Sequence record: OZ335961.1
Reading direction: 5' to 3' (one strand)
Length of the DNA: 64,000 bases
From: a phage
Part shown: positions 10,956 through 22,296 of the stretch, in pieces
How positions within the stretch are numbered: position 1 is the first letter of the stretch
Layout of the letters: each line of letters begins with the position of its first letter
Notes under the pieces: generated by a model
The model's input: the letters and a program-made list of their open reading frames with translations, nothing else
What the model was told of the DNA's origin: nothing
Database searches by the model: none
Translations under genes and position numbers: made by a program

Positions 10956-12125
10956 TTAAAAATATTTTTTAAAACTCATCATAACTTTATCATCAACATC
11001 ATTATCAATCTGTGCTACAAGGTAAGATGACAGTTCTACTTCCTGTGGCGCGGATTGAACATTATCAGAATTAAGGTATTCACGAATCCAAGGATACGGA
11101 TGTTTAACCGGAGCATCGGTAATTGGGCATGGAAGACCACACTGTTTCATACGAGATACAGTTAAGTAATCAATAAAGCTCCACATGCTATTTGTATTTA
11201 ATCCAGGAACATCGCCATCTTTAAATAAATGAACTGCCCAGTCTTTTTCTTGACGGTTAACTTCCATGAAAATATCAACTGCTTCTTGTTCACACTCTTG
11301 GGCGATTTTAACCCATTCATCACCATCAGTGCCAAGTTGAAGTTGACGAATAATATATTGGGTGCCTTTAAGGTGAAGCTGCTCATCACGTGCAATGAAC
11401 TTCATAATCTTGGCATTACCTTCCATGATTTCCATGTTCTTATGGAAGTTAAAGGTACATGCGAAAGATACATAAAAACGAATAGCTTCCAGTGCATTGA
11501 TTACATGAAGGCAAAGATAAAGAGATTTCATTAGTGCTTGTTTAGTACATTCAACAACTTTGCCTAACTCTTCTTTGCGAAATCCTTCTGATAAAATTCC
11601 TTCATAATCTTCAACCGCATTCTGATATTCACGAGTCTTAACTAGAACGTCATCATAATAACGACCAATAGATTCAGCACGTTTCATGATAGCTTTATCT
11701 AATACAATCTCATCAAATACCTTTGACGGATCAGTATAAAGATTTCGCATGATATGAGTATATGAACGGCTGTGAATAGTTTCACTAAAAGTCCATGTAG
11801 CAACCCATGTATCAAGACTTGGATCTGAAATTAACGACATAAGTACAGCAGACGGTGCACGACCCTGAATGCTATCTAGAAGTGATTGATACTTCAGGTT
11901 ATTAGTAAAAATATCTTGCTGATATTGAGGAAGCTTGTTAAATTGCGCAGCATCCATCATCAAGTTTACTTCTTCAGGACGCCAGAAAAATGATAATTGC
12001 TTTTCGGTTAAATCTTCAAAAACTTTATGGCGTTGAATATCATAACGCGCAATACCAAGACCTGAACCGAAGAACATAGGTTCTTTTAAAACATCAACTG
12101 GATTTGTATTAAAAACTGTAGACAT
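10956..12125 (-). CDS. nrdB: ribonucleotide reductase small (beta) subunit, uninterrupted
   Basis: ~389 aa from MSTVFNTNPVDV...; diiron-tyrosyl radical R2 family; continuous ORF, no intron. Confidence 0.9.
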   Translation of the reverse strand: MSTVFNTNPVDVLKEPMFFGSGLGIARYDIQRHKVFEDLTEKQLSFFWRPEEVNLMMDAAQFNKLPQYQQDIFTNNLKYQSLLDSIQGRAPSAVLMSLISDPSLDTWVATWTFSETIHSRSYTHIMRNLYTDPSKVFDEIVLDKAIMKRAESIGRYYDDVLVKTREYQNAVEDYEGILSEGFRKEELGKVVECTKQALMKSLYLCLHVINALEAIRFYVSFACTFNFHKNMEIMEGNAKIMKFIARDEQLHLKGTQYIIRQLQLGTDGDEWVKIAQECEQEAVDIFMEVNRQEKDWAVHLFKDGDVPGLNTNSMWSFIDYLTVSRMKQCGLPCPITDAPVKHPYPWIREYLNSDNVQSAPQEVELSSYLVAQIDNDVDDKVMMSFKKYF

Positions 12126-12856
12126 TAATTTTTCCTCTTTAAAATTCTGCCGTGTTTCCAACCTGGCGGTATAATATCATCTTTACCTATAAGCGTGCAT
12201 TCACTTCCATTATTAATCCATTTCTTACCGCGGATTCCTTTATAATCTCTTGGTTTTATTTTGTCAAACTTTGCATCAAGTTGATATGACCATCTAAATC
12301 CATAAGCATATTGAAATTTACCCTCGGCGCAATATTTGATATTTGACCCGTTTCCATTAACTGACCGGGACGCTGCTGCAATAGAGTGAAAAGTTTCTAT
12401 GAAATCCCCATCTAATGAGAATTTATGTATTTCTACAGATGGGCACGCATATCTATTCACGTTAGATACATGTTGTTTAGTTTCGTTTTTATGATGCTTA
12501 CCTAGCATTCCTTTAGGATGAGGATTATTTTTCCAATATTTCTTAAAGAACTCAGAATTAGCTTTAGCAAATAATTTTCTGTGTAAGCTGTACAATCTAT
12601 TATTAATTCTATTGCCAGCTTTATCTGTTGCCATTAGCGTTAATGCAGAGGCAAGTCCAAAATGGCCTTCATTTATCTTACACAGTAATAGATGTGCTAT
12701 AAAATGTTCTCTAGCTGTTAATTCAACTAAATTTTCTTTATCATCAGAACCTCCCATGCATCTAGGGATTATATGATGTGTCTCTTTATATTCTGATAAA
12801 GATTCCCGAGCCTGAGCTCGGGAAATTAGGTCGTTATAGATTTTTTGATAATTCAT
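12125..12856 (-). CDS. mobE: HNH homing endonuclease (Mob-type)
   Basis: 243 aa; HHIIPRCMGGSDDKENLVELTAREHFIAH HNH core; sits between nrdA and nrdB as T4 mobE does. Confidence 0.7.
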   Translation of the reverse strand: MNYQKIYNDLISRAQARESLSEYKETHHIIPRCMGGSDDKENLVELTAREHFIAHLLLCKINEGHFGLASALTLMATDKAGNRINNRLYSLHRKLFAKANSEFFKKYWKNNPHPKGMLGKHHKNETKQHVSNVNRYACPSVEIHKFSLDGDFIETFHSIAAASRSVNGNGSNIKYCAEGKFQYAYGFRWSYQLDAKFDKIKPRDYKGIRGKKWINNGSECTLIGKDDIIPPGWKHGRILKRKN

Positions 12857-15120
12857 TATAATTTACACGCTGCGCAATCATCGGCTTTTGGAGCTTCTAT
12901 TTCATAATCATCAGTACCAGAACCATCGCGAGTATTATGATAATAGAAATTTTTAATGCCATAATACCATCCGTATAGCATGTCATCAATCATTATTGAC
13001 ATTGGAACCTTTCCTTTTGGAAAAATCTGCGGGTCATAATATGTATTCGCTGAAGCTGATTGACATACCCATTTCAGCATAATAGCTACTTGCGTAAGAT
13101 AAGGTTTATTACCTTTCTTAGCTAATTTCCACGTATAATCATATAGGTCTATGTTATGCTCAATATTGGGCACGACTTGATTAAAGGAACCCTCTTTTGA
13201 TTCTTTAACAGAGACTGGTCCACGTGGAGGCTCGATACCGTTTGTACTGTTAGAAACTTGGGAAGATGACTCACATGGCATAAGTGCTGATAATGTGCTA
13301 TTACGGATGCCAAAGAGCTTAAGGTCTTCCCGCAGCGACGACCAGTCACAAACGTATTTTGGAGCTGCGATTTGGTCAATCTTTTTATTGTACCAGTCGA
13401 TAGGTAATTCGCCTCGAGACCAACGAGTGTCTGAATAATATTCGCAAGGTCCTTTTTCTTTGGCGAGTTTAATGGATGCTTTAATGAGTCCATACTGCAA
13501 TCTCTCAAATAGTTCATGTGTTAAATCGTTAGCATCTTCATAAGAAGCAAAATTACTTGCCAGCCAAGCTGCATAGTTAGTAACACCTACGCCAAGGTTT
13601 CGACGCTTTTTAGCTTTTTCTGCTTCAGGAACTGGATATCCTTGGTAATCCAAAAGATTATCAAGAGCACGAACTTGGACTTCTGCCAATTCATTAATTT
13701 TATCTTGGTCTTGCCAATCGAAGTTATCTAACACAAATGCAGATAACGTGCACAATCCAATTTCAGCATCAGGACTATTCACATCATTTGTTGGAATAGC
13801 AATTTCACAGCACAAGTTACTCTGACGAATAGGTGCCTTTTCACGAATAAATGGCGTATAGTTATTCGTATTATCAATGAACTGCACATAAATCCTTGCT
13901 GTTCCTGAGCGTTCAGTCATAAGTAATTCAAACAGTTCACGGGCTTTAATACGCTTTTTACGAATATTAGGGTCTTTTTCTGCGGCTTCGTATAATTCAC
14001 GGAAACGGTCTTGGTCTTTAAAATAAGAATAATAAAGTTCGCCACCCATTTCATGCGGACTAAACAAAGTAATGTAATCGTTCTTTCCGAATCGTTCCAT
14101 CATTAGGTCATTCAGTTGAACGCCATAATCCATATGACGGATACGGTTTTCTTCTACACCTTTGTTGTTTTTCAAAACGAGAAGATTTTCAACTTCCAAA
14201 TGCCAAATAGGATAATAAGCAGTAGCAGCGCCGCCACGAATTCCACCCTGTGAGCATGATTTAACAGCAGTCTGAAAATGTTTCCAAAAAGGAATAACAC
14301 CAGTATGACGTACTTCACCTGTGCCAATCTTAGAACCTTCGGCACGAATCATACCAACGTTAATACCAATTCCAGCACGTTTGGAGATATATTCAACAAT
14401 TGAAGCGGAAGCCTTATTGATAGACTTTAATGAATCACCTGCTTCAATAACAACACATGAACTAAACTGTCGAGTTGGAGTACGACAACCAGCCATAATA
14501 GGAGTTGGCAATGAAATCTGTCGAGTAGATACTGCTTCATAAAAACGAATAACGTGTTTTAGTCTATCAACAGGTTCATCTTGATGCAATGCCATTCCAA
14601 TAGTCATAAATGCAAACTGTGGAGTTTCATAAATTTGACCAGTGGTTTTATCTTTAACTAGATATTTTTCTTTTAATTGCATCGCCCCGGAATAAGTAAA
14701 TTCCATATCCCGCTCGTGCTTAATTTTTGATTCTAAAAATGTAATTTCTTCTGCTGAATATTTTGACAACAGTTCAGGGTCGTATTTACCTTCATTTACA
14801 CAGTAAGAAATATGGTCAATAAATGAACGTGGTTCATATTGTCCATAAACATGCTTACGAAGAGCGAACATTAAACAGCGTGCAGCTACGTATTGATAAT
14901 CAGGCTCTTCAACTGAAATAGAATTCGCAGCAGCCTTAATTACAATGGTTTGAATGTCATCAGTGGTCATTCCATCACGGAGATATGATTTAATATTTTC
15001 ATATAATTCATAAGGATCTACAGATGTTCCTTCAGCTGCCCAAGATAAAACTTTAATAATTTTTTGCGGGTCAAAGCTCTGAGAAACACCACTACTTTTG
15101 ATAACATTAATTAATTGCAT
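12856..15120 (-). CDS. nrdA: ribonucleotide reductase large (alpha) subunit
   Basis: 754 aa; ATP-cone N-terminus and C-terminal Cys-containing tail (DDCAACKL); class Ia R1. Confidence 0.95.
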   Translation of the reverse strand: MQLINVIKSSGVSQSFDPQKIIKVLSWAAEGTSVDPYELYENIKSYLRDGMTTDDIQTIVIKAAANSISVEEPDYQYVAARCLMFALRKHVYGQYEPRSFIDHISYCVNEGKYDPELLSKYSAEEITFLESKIKHERDMEFTYSGAMQLKEKYLVKDKTTGQIYETPQFAFMTIGMALHQDEPVDRLKHVIRFYEAVSTRQISLPTPIMAGCRTPTRQFSSCVVIEAGDSLKSINKASASIVEYISKRAGIGINVGMIRAEGSKIGTGEVRHTGVIPFWKHFQTAVKSCSQGGIRGGAATAYYPIWHLEVENLLVLKNNKGVEENRIRHMDYGVQLNDLMMERFGKNDYITLFSPHEMGGELYYSYFKDQDRFRELYEAAEKDPNIRKKRIKARELFELLMTERSGTARIYVQFIDNTNNYTPFIREKAPIRQSNLCCEIAIPTNDVNSPDAEIGLCTLSAFVLDNFDWQDQDKINELAEVQVRALDNLLDYQGYPVPEAEKAKKRRNLGVGVTNYAAWLASNFASYEDANDLTHELFERLQYGLIKASIKLAKEKGPCEYYSDTRWSRGELPIDWYNKKIDQIAAPKYVCDWSSLREDLKLFGIRNSTLSALMPCESSSQVSNSTNGIEPPRGPVSVKESKEGSFNQVVPNIEHNIDLYDYTWKLAKKGNKPYLTQVAIMLKWVCQSASANTYYDPQIFPKGKVPMSIMIDDMLYGWYYGIKNFYYHNTRDGSGTDDYEIEAPKADDCAACKL

Positions 15121-15437
15121 AAGTCCTCAACTTGAAAATCGTCTTTAAACAATCGGTTAACTATATGAGCTATTATATCACCATGACACGGCTTTGGTTT
15201 ACATGTGCATCCTATCCTCATTCCACGTAAAGGCTCTAAATGTGCTTTAGTTATTTCTCCGGATTTAATTCGACGTATAAAATCTTTTTTGAATAATTCA
15301 ATGGCAGCCTCCCGGCTGCCAGCATCTTTACCGACGTAATTTCCCCAAAATGTACCACGGTGAATATTAACATCAAAGTCGGATTTATATTTATTCACTA
15401 CCTGACATAGACGGCCCGCGCGGTGATAATTCGTCAT
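15111..15437 (-). CDS. hypothetical protein (108 aa)
   Basis: ORF track; nrdA-td interval; contains CTCKPKPCH Cys/His cluster. Confidence 0.45.
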   Translation of the reverse strand: MTNYHRAGRLCQVVNKYKSDFDVNIHRGTFWGNYVGKDAGSREAAIELFKKDFIRRIKSGEITKAHLEPLRGMRIGCTCKPKPCHGDIIAHIVNRLFKDDFQVEDLCN

Positions 15438-15666
15438 ATTGTTTTTCCGTTAAAACAGTAATATCATAATAACAATCAGAAGAAGTTTTAACTGTAGAAA
15501 TTTTATTATCAAAATACTCACGAGTCATTTTATGAGTATAATATTTTTTGCCATAAATGATAATAGGCTGATTTGGTCCTGGAACTTCTAACTCGCTTGG
15601 ATTAGGAAGTGTAAAAAGAACTACACCAGAAGTATCCTTAAATCGTAAAATCATATATCCTCTCAA
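15391..15666 (-). CDS. hypothetical protein (91 aa)
   Basis: ORF track; nrdA-td interval. Confidence 0.4.
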   Translation of the reverse strand: MRGYMILRFKDTSGVVLFTLPNPSELEVPGPNQPIIIYGKKYYTHKMTREYFDNKISTVKTSSDCYYDITVLTEKQYDELSPRGPSMSGSE

Positions 15667-15677
15667 TTAAATTAAAA

Positions 15678-16537
15678 TTACACCGCCATCTTTCCTTTAA
15701 TTGGCGGGTGAGATACATAGTTGTTAAGAACAAAATTATGCGGCTTTGCGAATTGACTCAACCAAAATACCTGCGATTCTGTGTCCCATTCATCAAATTC
15801 ATCTGGAAATTTTAATTGTAATTCGCATAAATCCATAGGTTCACGACGCAAAATTTCTTTACATTGTTCTACGTGATTCATATAGATATGAGTATTACCA
15901 CCAGAAAATATCAAATCTCCTGGAATAAGATTACACATCTTAGCTACAATATGAACTAATGCAGCATATGACGCAATATTAAATGGAAGACCGAGGAAAA
16001 CATCTACTGAACGTTGATACCACTGCAAATCCAAATAGCCATTACGCACATTAAATTGATAGAACATATGACAAGGTGGTAATGCCATTTGCTTGAGTTC
16101 AGCTGGATTCCATGCTGAAACAATTTGACGTCTATCATTTGGCAGTTTTTTAATACGATCAATAACTTCTATAATTTGGTCTACACCGCCAAAATCGCGC
16201 CACTGTTTTCCATAAATTGGACCAAGTTCACCGCTATGGTATCCTAAATCTTTTGCTTGGTTTTCGTAATTTTCATCCCAGACCGTTTTGCCTTGAATTA
16301 ATGAATCATGTTGAATTAATCGCAAATCATTGACATTTGTGCTTCCCGATAAAAACCATATTAGTTCAGCAATGCAAGCTTTCCAGGCGAGCTTCTTAGT
16401 CGTTACTGCAGGAAAACCTTTAGTTAAATCCCAGCGTAATTTAGTACCGAACAAAGCAATTGTTCCTGTGCCTGTTCGGTCATCGGTTTCATAGCCATTT
16501 TCCAGGATATCTTTAATTAAAAATTGGTATTGTTTCA

Positions 16538-16538
<1 letters not shown>
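15678..16538 (-). CDS. td: thymidylate synthase, uninterrupted
   Basis: ~286 aa from MKQYQF...; catalytic PPCH motif and C-terminal GKMAV; continuous ORF, no intron. Confidence 0.9.
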
Positions 16539-17570
<1,032 letters not shown>

Positions 17571-17581
17571 ATTATCTCCTA

Positions 17582-17914
17582 TTAAAAAGGATCAGGAACA
17601 TATCCACTAGCTTTAATCATTTTAACTAATGTTACCATTCCTTTGTTAACTGCTTGTGAGATTTCATCAAAAACTTCATCATTAAAAAGTTCTAGCACAC
17701 CCTTCTGAACTTTTAATTTACAGCCAACAATTTCGTCATCGCCTATAGTAAATTCATTACCGCCAATTCCACCGAAAAACTTAATTACGCCAGTTAACTG
17801 TCTTCCACGAGAATATGGGTCGTGTGATAAAGTAATATGAGTCACCCCAGGTACAGTTTTAAATTGACAGCGGATGTTTACTTGAGCAATTCCAGTTACA
17901 TGAATGTCAGACAT
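17582..17914 (-). CDS. hypothetical protein (110 aa)
   Basis: ORF track; frd-32 interval. Confidence 0.45.
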   Translation of the reverse strand: MSDIHVTGIAQVNIRCQFKTVPGVTHITLSHDPYSRGRQLTGVIKFFGGIGGNEFTIGDDEIVGCKLKVQKGVLELFNDEVFDEISQAVNKGMVTLVKMIKASGYVPDPF

Positions 17915-17924
17915 AATATTTTCC

Positions 17925-18167
17925 TCAAACAGACTTTTTCACAATTTTCCAATCAGCTTTAAACTGTTCAACATCAGAATGGTAAATCCAGAATCCTGCG
18001 CTTTCTCCATCCTCATAAAGAGGGCATCCATCGCATTCATCTTCCCATCCCATATCACGCAAAAGATGTTCAGCTTTTTCAACAAGTTCAGAATCTTTAC
18101 CGATGATATTAAAATACCATTTACCTCTAACTTCTGAATCTTTAATGCTCTGACGTTGTAATCTCAT
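17925..18167 (-). CDS. hypothetical protein (80 aa)
   Basis: ORF track; early promoter upstream at ~18194-18222. Confidence 0.45.
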   Translation of the reverse strand: MRLQRQSIKDSEVRGKWYFNIIGKDSELVEKAEHLLRDMGWEDECDGCPLYEDGESAGFWIYHSDVEQFKADWKIVKKSV

Positions 18168-18193
18168 TTTATTCTCCTTAGTTGATAGGGTAA

Positions 18194-18222
18194 TAGTATC
18201 ACACTACTACCCTTCTGTAAAC
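18194..18222 (-). promoter_or_regulatory. T4-type early promoter
   Basis: GTTTAC -35, TACTAT -10; precedes ORF 17925..18167. Confidence 0.45.
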
Positions 18223-18602
18223 TACTTTTTGAAAGTTTTTCGCAAAAGTTCAATGATTTCATCTACATTGTTTTCGTCAACAATGCAATGAATTTTTGTT
18301 ACGCCAGAAACCTTGTCTTTGACTTCATCTTCTTCAGAAGTCGGTTCTTTATACTCACGAAAACAATGAAATTCATCTTCGCAAATTTCTAAAAGTCTAT
18401 CTTTAAGGTAAAAATGCTTTCCATTTGCGCATTCAATGTGTTTTACGGCTTTATATCCATTAGCGACTGAAACTTCTTTAACTTCAAACCATCCGCCATT
18501 ATCTCGAATAGCTTTAACTATTGATGAATTGGAACGTGGGCTATAATTAATAAATGTATCAATAAGTCTTGGAACAAGTTCATACTTTCGACCAGTATAC
18601 AT
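18222..18602 (-). CDS. hypothetical protein (126 aa)
   Basis: ORF track. Confidence 0.5.
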   Translation of the reverse strand: MYTGRKYELVPRLIDTFINYSPRSNSSIVKAIRDNGGWFEVKEVSVANGYKAVKHIECANGKHFYLKDRLLEICEDEFHCFREYKEPTSEEDEVKDKVSGVTKIHCIVDENNVDEIIELLRKTFKK

Positions 18603-18646
18603 TGTGTTTTCCTCATTTTAACGGGGCTGTAATAGCCCCTTGATAA

Positions 18647-18895
18647 TTATTGTTCAATCAATCCCATGTAAAATTCTGTGTCTTCAGAATCCATACCATC
18701 ACAATATTCATTAGCCATAAAGCGGGTGAGGTCTTCAAGAGGACCTTCAATAACGATTTGAATACTCCAAAACTTAGAATCTTGCACGCTTGCGATACTA
18801 AGTTCAGGATAACGATTACGAATAATTTCTTCAATATATTCAAAATCAACGATGTCAATATCAACTTTAGCCATATTATTTTCCTCTTTAATCAT
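18647..18895 (-). CDS. hypothetical acidic protein (82 aa)
   Basis: ORF track; early promoter upstream at ~18918-18947. Confidence 0.45.
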   Translation of the reverse strand: MIKEENNMAKVDIDIVDFEYIEEIIRNRYPELSIASVQDSKFWSIQIVIEGPLEDLTRFMANEYCDGMDSEDTEFYMGLIEQ

Positions 18896-18917
18896 CAGCA
18901 GTATTGCCGATAGTTGT

Positions 18918-18947
18918 ATAGTACCACAGTATGCTTTGGTTGTAAAC
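18918..18947 (-). promoter_or_regulatory. T4-type early promoter
   Basis: Near-identical copy of the motA promoter element; precedes ORF 18647..18895. Confidence 0.5.
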
Positions 18948-18949
18948 CG

Positions 18950-19000
18950 TTTTGTGAAAAAAAAAATTTTTGAAATAAAAAGGGGACCTCTAGGGTCCCC
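18950..19000 (-). terminator. rho-independent terminator after gene 32
   Basis: ggggacc-loop-ggtcccc hairpin followed on the minus strand by a 10-nt U-run. Confidence 0.6.
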
Positions 19001-19022
19001 AATTAATTAGTAATATAATCTA

Positions 19023-19931
19023 TTAAAGGTCATTCAAAAGGTCATCCAGGTCTGTGTCATCAGCACTAGATGAACTGCCAGAGCTCGAGCTCATAAAATC
19101 ATCTTCAGTTTTTGTATTGAAGTCATCAACATTAAATGCATCCAAATCATCAGCAACTTTATCAGCTTTCTTAGCGGCAGTCGCTGCGGCACCACCCATA
19201 GCAGCAGTTCCCATAACTTGACTGAACTTAGTGCTCAGTTCTTCAAACGATTTGAATTTATCTTTAGAAGTCATTTCAGAAAGGTCAACCATTTGTTCGA
19301 ACAATTCTTTCTGGAAAGATTCATCATCAATGTTTGGAATCGCAGATTGATTCAGGAATTTAGATTCGTCGTAGTTACTAAAACCAGAAACTTGTTTAAC
19401 TTTCAGTACAAAGTTAGCACCTTCCCACGGACAAGTTACATCAACCGGAGTTTCACCCATTTCAACATCAACTGCAATCATTGCATTGATTTTATCCCAG
19501 ATTTTCTTACCAAAACGGTATTTAAATACTTTACCTTCATTTTCTGGAGCAGCTGGGTCTTTTACTACAAGAATGTTAGCCCAGTAAGAAGTTTTACGTT
19601 TAACAAGACCGTACTCTTTATTGTCAGTGTTGTACAAATCATTTTTACTGATGTACTGACATACTGGACAAGAATCGTAATCACCGTGGGTAGATGAACA
19701 GTTTTCAATATACCATTTACCATTTTTCTTGAAACCGTGATTTACAAGAATTGCGAATGGTGCTTGTTCATCATTTTTAGACGGAAGAAAACGAATTACT
19801 GCTTGACCGTTACCCGCATTATCGAGTTTCAGTTTCCACTCGCCTTTATCTTCAGAAGAAAAACCACCTTTGTTTCCAGCCAGTTTAGCCATTTGTGCAG
19901 CGAGTTCAGCAGTAGATTTACGTTTAAACAT
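19023..19931 (-). CDS. 32: single-stranded DNA-binding protein gp32
   Basis: ~301 aa; Zn-binding Cys/His cluster, acidic Ser/Asp-rich C-terminus; matches recalled T4 gp32. Confidence 0.95.
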   Translation of the reverse strand: MFKRKSTAELAAQMAKLAGNKGGFSSEDKGEWKLKLDNAGNGQAVIRFLPSKNDEQAPFAILVNHGFKKNGKWYIENCSSTHGDYDSCPVCQYISKNDLYNTDNKEYGLVKRKTSYWANILVVKDPAAPENEGKVFKYRFGKKIWDKINAMIAVDVEMGETPVDVTCPWEGANFVLKVKQVSGFSNYDESKFLNQSAIPNIDDESFQKELFEQMVDLSEMTSKDKFKSFEELSTKFSQVMGTAAMGGAAATAAKKADKVADDLDAFNVDDFNTKTEDDFMSSSSGSSSSADDTDLDDLLNDL

Positions 19932-19999
19932 TTTTATTTCCTTTTTAATTTAATTAACAGTTGGTGCTATGACGATGTATGACCTCATAGCTGGTCAGT

Positions 20000-20032
20000 G
20001 AGATAATTATAATCTATTTATAATAAGCAATT
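20000..20032 (-). promoter_or_regulatory. gene 32 promoter region: MotA-box middle promoter overlapping a late TATAAATA
   Basis: Minus strand reads aaTTGCTTAttaTAAATAgatTATAATtatc; AU-rich leader follows, consistent with the gp32 translational operator. Confidence 0.5.
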
Positions 20033-20684
20033 AATACTTGCAAGATTTCACAGTTTCAATAAAAACACTTTTAGCTTTCTGCGAATCAATATTTAAAATT
20101 TTTCTATAAGCCTTTAACTTTATAGAATAATTATTCCAGACTAAATTATCAGTCTGTTCATCATGTTTATCGATTATATTTAAAAACGAATCAAGCAAGA
20201 TAAACGTCTCAAACGAAATTATATTCGATTGAAGTAGTTTAAAAATATAACTTGATTGAACTTTTGGATTATACTCAAAGATTTCTTTAAAAGCAGAAAC
20301 TTCAACTTTTTTACTAAAATAATAAATGTTGCGAATATCTTCTTCAAACTTAAATTTAATTTGCTTTAAGCGTCCGATATATTCACGATAAAACACAAGT
20401 GCATCAGCGTCAGAGATGTCACCAATCCAAGCATCTTGGTTAGCAACGAGATTGCTTATAAAGATTAAAGCAAGTTCCTTTAATTTATATTTTTCTGATA
20501 ACTTCTGGAAAAAATACTTATCCCTTCGCTTTTGATAAGCGGCATCAGACACCCGCATGCACCAATTATACTTAATTACATCATACTTTCCATTCATATG
20601 TTGTTTTATCATTAAGTATAATTTATAAACTGATTTACCATCAATGTATCTTTCACCACCAGCAGGCATGCGGAGTTTAATCAT
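20031..20684 (-). CDS. 59: gp59 helicase loader
   Basis: 217 aa, same size and position as T4 gp59 between 32 and 33. Confidence 0.8.
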   Translation of the reverse strand: MIKLRMPAGGERYIDGKSVYKLYLMIKQHMNGKYDVIKYNWCMRVSDAAYQKRRDKYFFQKLSEKYKLKELALIFISNLVANQDAWIGDISDADALVFYREYIGRLKQIKFKFEEDIRNIYYFSKKVEVSAFKEIFEYNPKVQSSYIFKLLQSNIISFETFILLDSFLNIIDKHDEQTDNLVWNNYSIKLKAYRKILNIDSQKAKSVFIETVKSCKY

Positions 20685-21019
20685 AGTAGAAAATCTAATG
20701 TATTAGTTTTTTCACAACGAACAACAGAAGGACGTAAAAGATTTTCGTCAATAGCTTCTGACTGAATTTTTTCAATTATACCCGAAGGAATAAATTTAGC
20801 AAATTGAGTTTCAGGAATAGAATTTTCTTCTAAGAATGCTGTTGTAGCTTCAAGATAACTCATTCCAAACTCTTCTACCATTTTTTCAATTATAAATCCA
20901 TTTTCTTGACGGTCAAGAAGCTTTGCAATTTCATCTTTTTCTTTCTTAATTGAAAGTTCTTTTTCTGAAAGACCGGTCTCATCGACCGGACGAATATCAT
21001 TTAGAGAAAACTGTGTCAT
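20681..21019 (-). CDS. 33: gp33 late transcription co-activator
   Basis: ~112 aa from MTQFSLNDIRP...; position between 59 and dsbA. Confidence 0.65.
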   Translation of the reverse strand: MTQFSLNDIRPVDETGLSEKELSIKKEKDEIAKLLDRQENGFIIEKMVEEFGMSYLEATTAFLEENSIPETQFAKFIPSGIIEKIQSEAIDENLLRPSVVRCEKTNTLDFLL

Positions 21020-21266
21020 AAAGTTCAACTACCTCTTCAGTTTCAGCTTCAAACACATCACGGTTATCTTTATGATACAAAGCTAACAGACGATTAAACA
21101 TCTTGCCATCAACACCAAGTTCATCTTTGGCACGAATTCGAATATCTTTAATCAATTCATTATAACCAGAAATTTTCAGTTTATGATCAGATGCTTCTTT
21201 AATAAATTTAGCCAAGTCTTCGCCATGGATAGCTTCATCAAATTCAACCATTTCTTTTTTAGCCAT
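20997..21266 (-). CDS. dsbA: double-stranded DNA-binding protein
   Basis: 89 aa; size and position as T4 DsbA, overlapping the gene 33 start. Confidence 0.65.
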   Translation of the reverse strand: MAKKEMVEFDEAIHGEDLAKFIKEASDHKLKISGYNELIKDIRIRAKDELGVDGKMFNRLLALYHKDNRDVFEAETEEVVELYDTVFSK

Positions 21267-21274
21267 TATTCACC

Positions 21275-22192
21275 TCAAAATTCATTAATGCTATTAGTTA
21301 ATTTAGAAAGACCCGCTTTTACAAAATATGAATAAATTTTGCCACGCGGTGGTAATTTATATGAATTATAGTAATTCACAATGTTTGAAGCAATATTATC
21401 AGGAATATAATCAAAATCAATTAGAACTAAATTTTCTTTATAACGATTATATTCAGATTCTGTGAGAAGCACCTTAGCTTGCTCACGGTCATTAGCAATA
21501 GCTTCAACAATAGAGGTTTTCATTGAAGGAGTTCGTTCACCTTCAACTCTGGTAAACCAAAAGTCAGATCGTACTTTAACTGAAGCAACGTTATCCTTTT
21601 TGTCGCCTTTAAGGATTTTAGTCATACAGTCAATTTCAGCAGAACCGCTTTTAATTTTAACCCATTTCTTGTGCATCGGTGACCATTGCTTAACATTTGG
21701 GTATTTGTGAAGTTGAGTAAAGTCACCATCCGACGAAATGATTAAAATCTTATGTCCTTCTAAAGAGAACTTTTTAACAAGAACAGCGATATGATCATCT
21801 GCTTCATACTTATCAATATCCATAACGATGTATGGCATATAAGCTTTCAATTCATCTATAACTTTATGACTGGATTCAAAATAACCTTCCCAGTCCCAAG
21901 TAGATTCTTCTCGTGCTTTTCCACGGTTTTTCTTATAATAATAAGCGAAATCACGGCGCCAGTATCCAGATTTAGCGTTATCAATACACAGCACAATTTT
22001 AGTGTATCCAAGAGTTTTTGCTTTTTTGACATTAAACTTAATTGAGTTCAATATCAAATGACGAACCATCGATAAATTAATTTTTTCTTTATCTGGGAAG
22101 TTTACCAGAGCAGTTGAAAGTGCAATCTGACTAAAGTCAATTAAGCAAATTCCTTCTTTGTAATCTTCATCCAGCATCATTTCTAAATCCAT
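21275..22192 (-). CDS. rnh: RNase H (5'-3' exonuclease/flap endonuclease)
   Basis: ~305 aa from MDLEMMLDEDYKEGICLIDFSQIA...; FEN-family acidic residues; matches recalled T4 RNase H. Confidence 0.9.
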   Translation of the reverse strand: MDLEMMLDEDYKEGICLIDFSQIALSTALVNFPDKEKINLSMVRHLILNSIKFNVKKAKTLGYTKIVLCIDNAKSGYWRRDFAYYYKKNRGKAREESTWDWEGYFESSHKVIDELKAYMPYIVMDIDKYEADDHIAVLVKKFSLEGHKILIISSDGDFTQLHKYPNVKQWSPMHKKWVKIKSGSAEIDCMTKILKGDKKDNVASVKVRSDFWFTRVEGERTPSMKTSIVEAIANDREQAKVLLTESEYNRYKENLVLIDFDYIPDNIASNIVNYYNSYKLPPRGKIYSYFVKAGLSKLTNSINEF

Positions 22193-22222
22193 ATGAACCC
22201 CGTTCAATTAGTGAGATTTCTA

Positions 22223-22252
22223 TTATATACCATCTAAATCTTAAAGTAAACA
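22223..22252 (-). promoter_or_regulatory. T4-type early promoter upstream of rnh
   Basis: GTTTAC -35, TATATA -10 in the rnh/gene 34 divergent intergenic region. Confidence 0.45.
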
Positions 22253-22254
22253 AG

Positions 22255-22262
22255 TATAAATA
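22255..22262 (+). promoter_or_regulatory. T4 late promoter TATAAATA for gene 34
   Basis: Exact TATAAATA ~35 nt upstream of the gene 34 ATG. Confidence 0.6.
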
Positions 22263-22296
22263 CTTATTATTGAAAACACAATAGGAGCCCGGGAGA

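Noticed and set aside
13149-14542. ORFs of 122 aa (minus, alternate frame) and 73 aa (plus) inside nrdA
   Set aside because: Embedded in a highly conserved 754-aa enzyme gene; no independent signals
18900-18960. Repeated ~50-bp elements that could be mistaken for a CRISPR or repeat array
   Set aside because: Copies are dispersed, always just upstream of minus-strand genes, and match the GTTTAC-N18-TATAAT early promoter architecture
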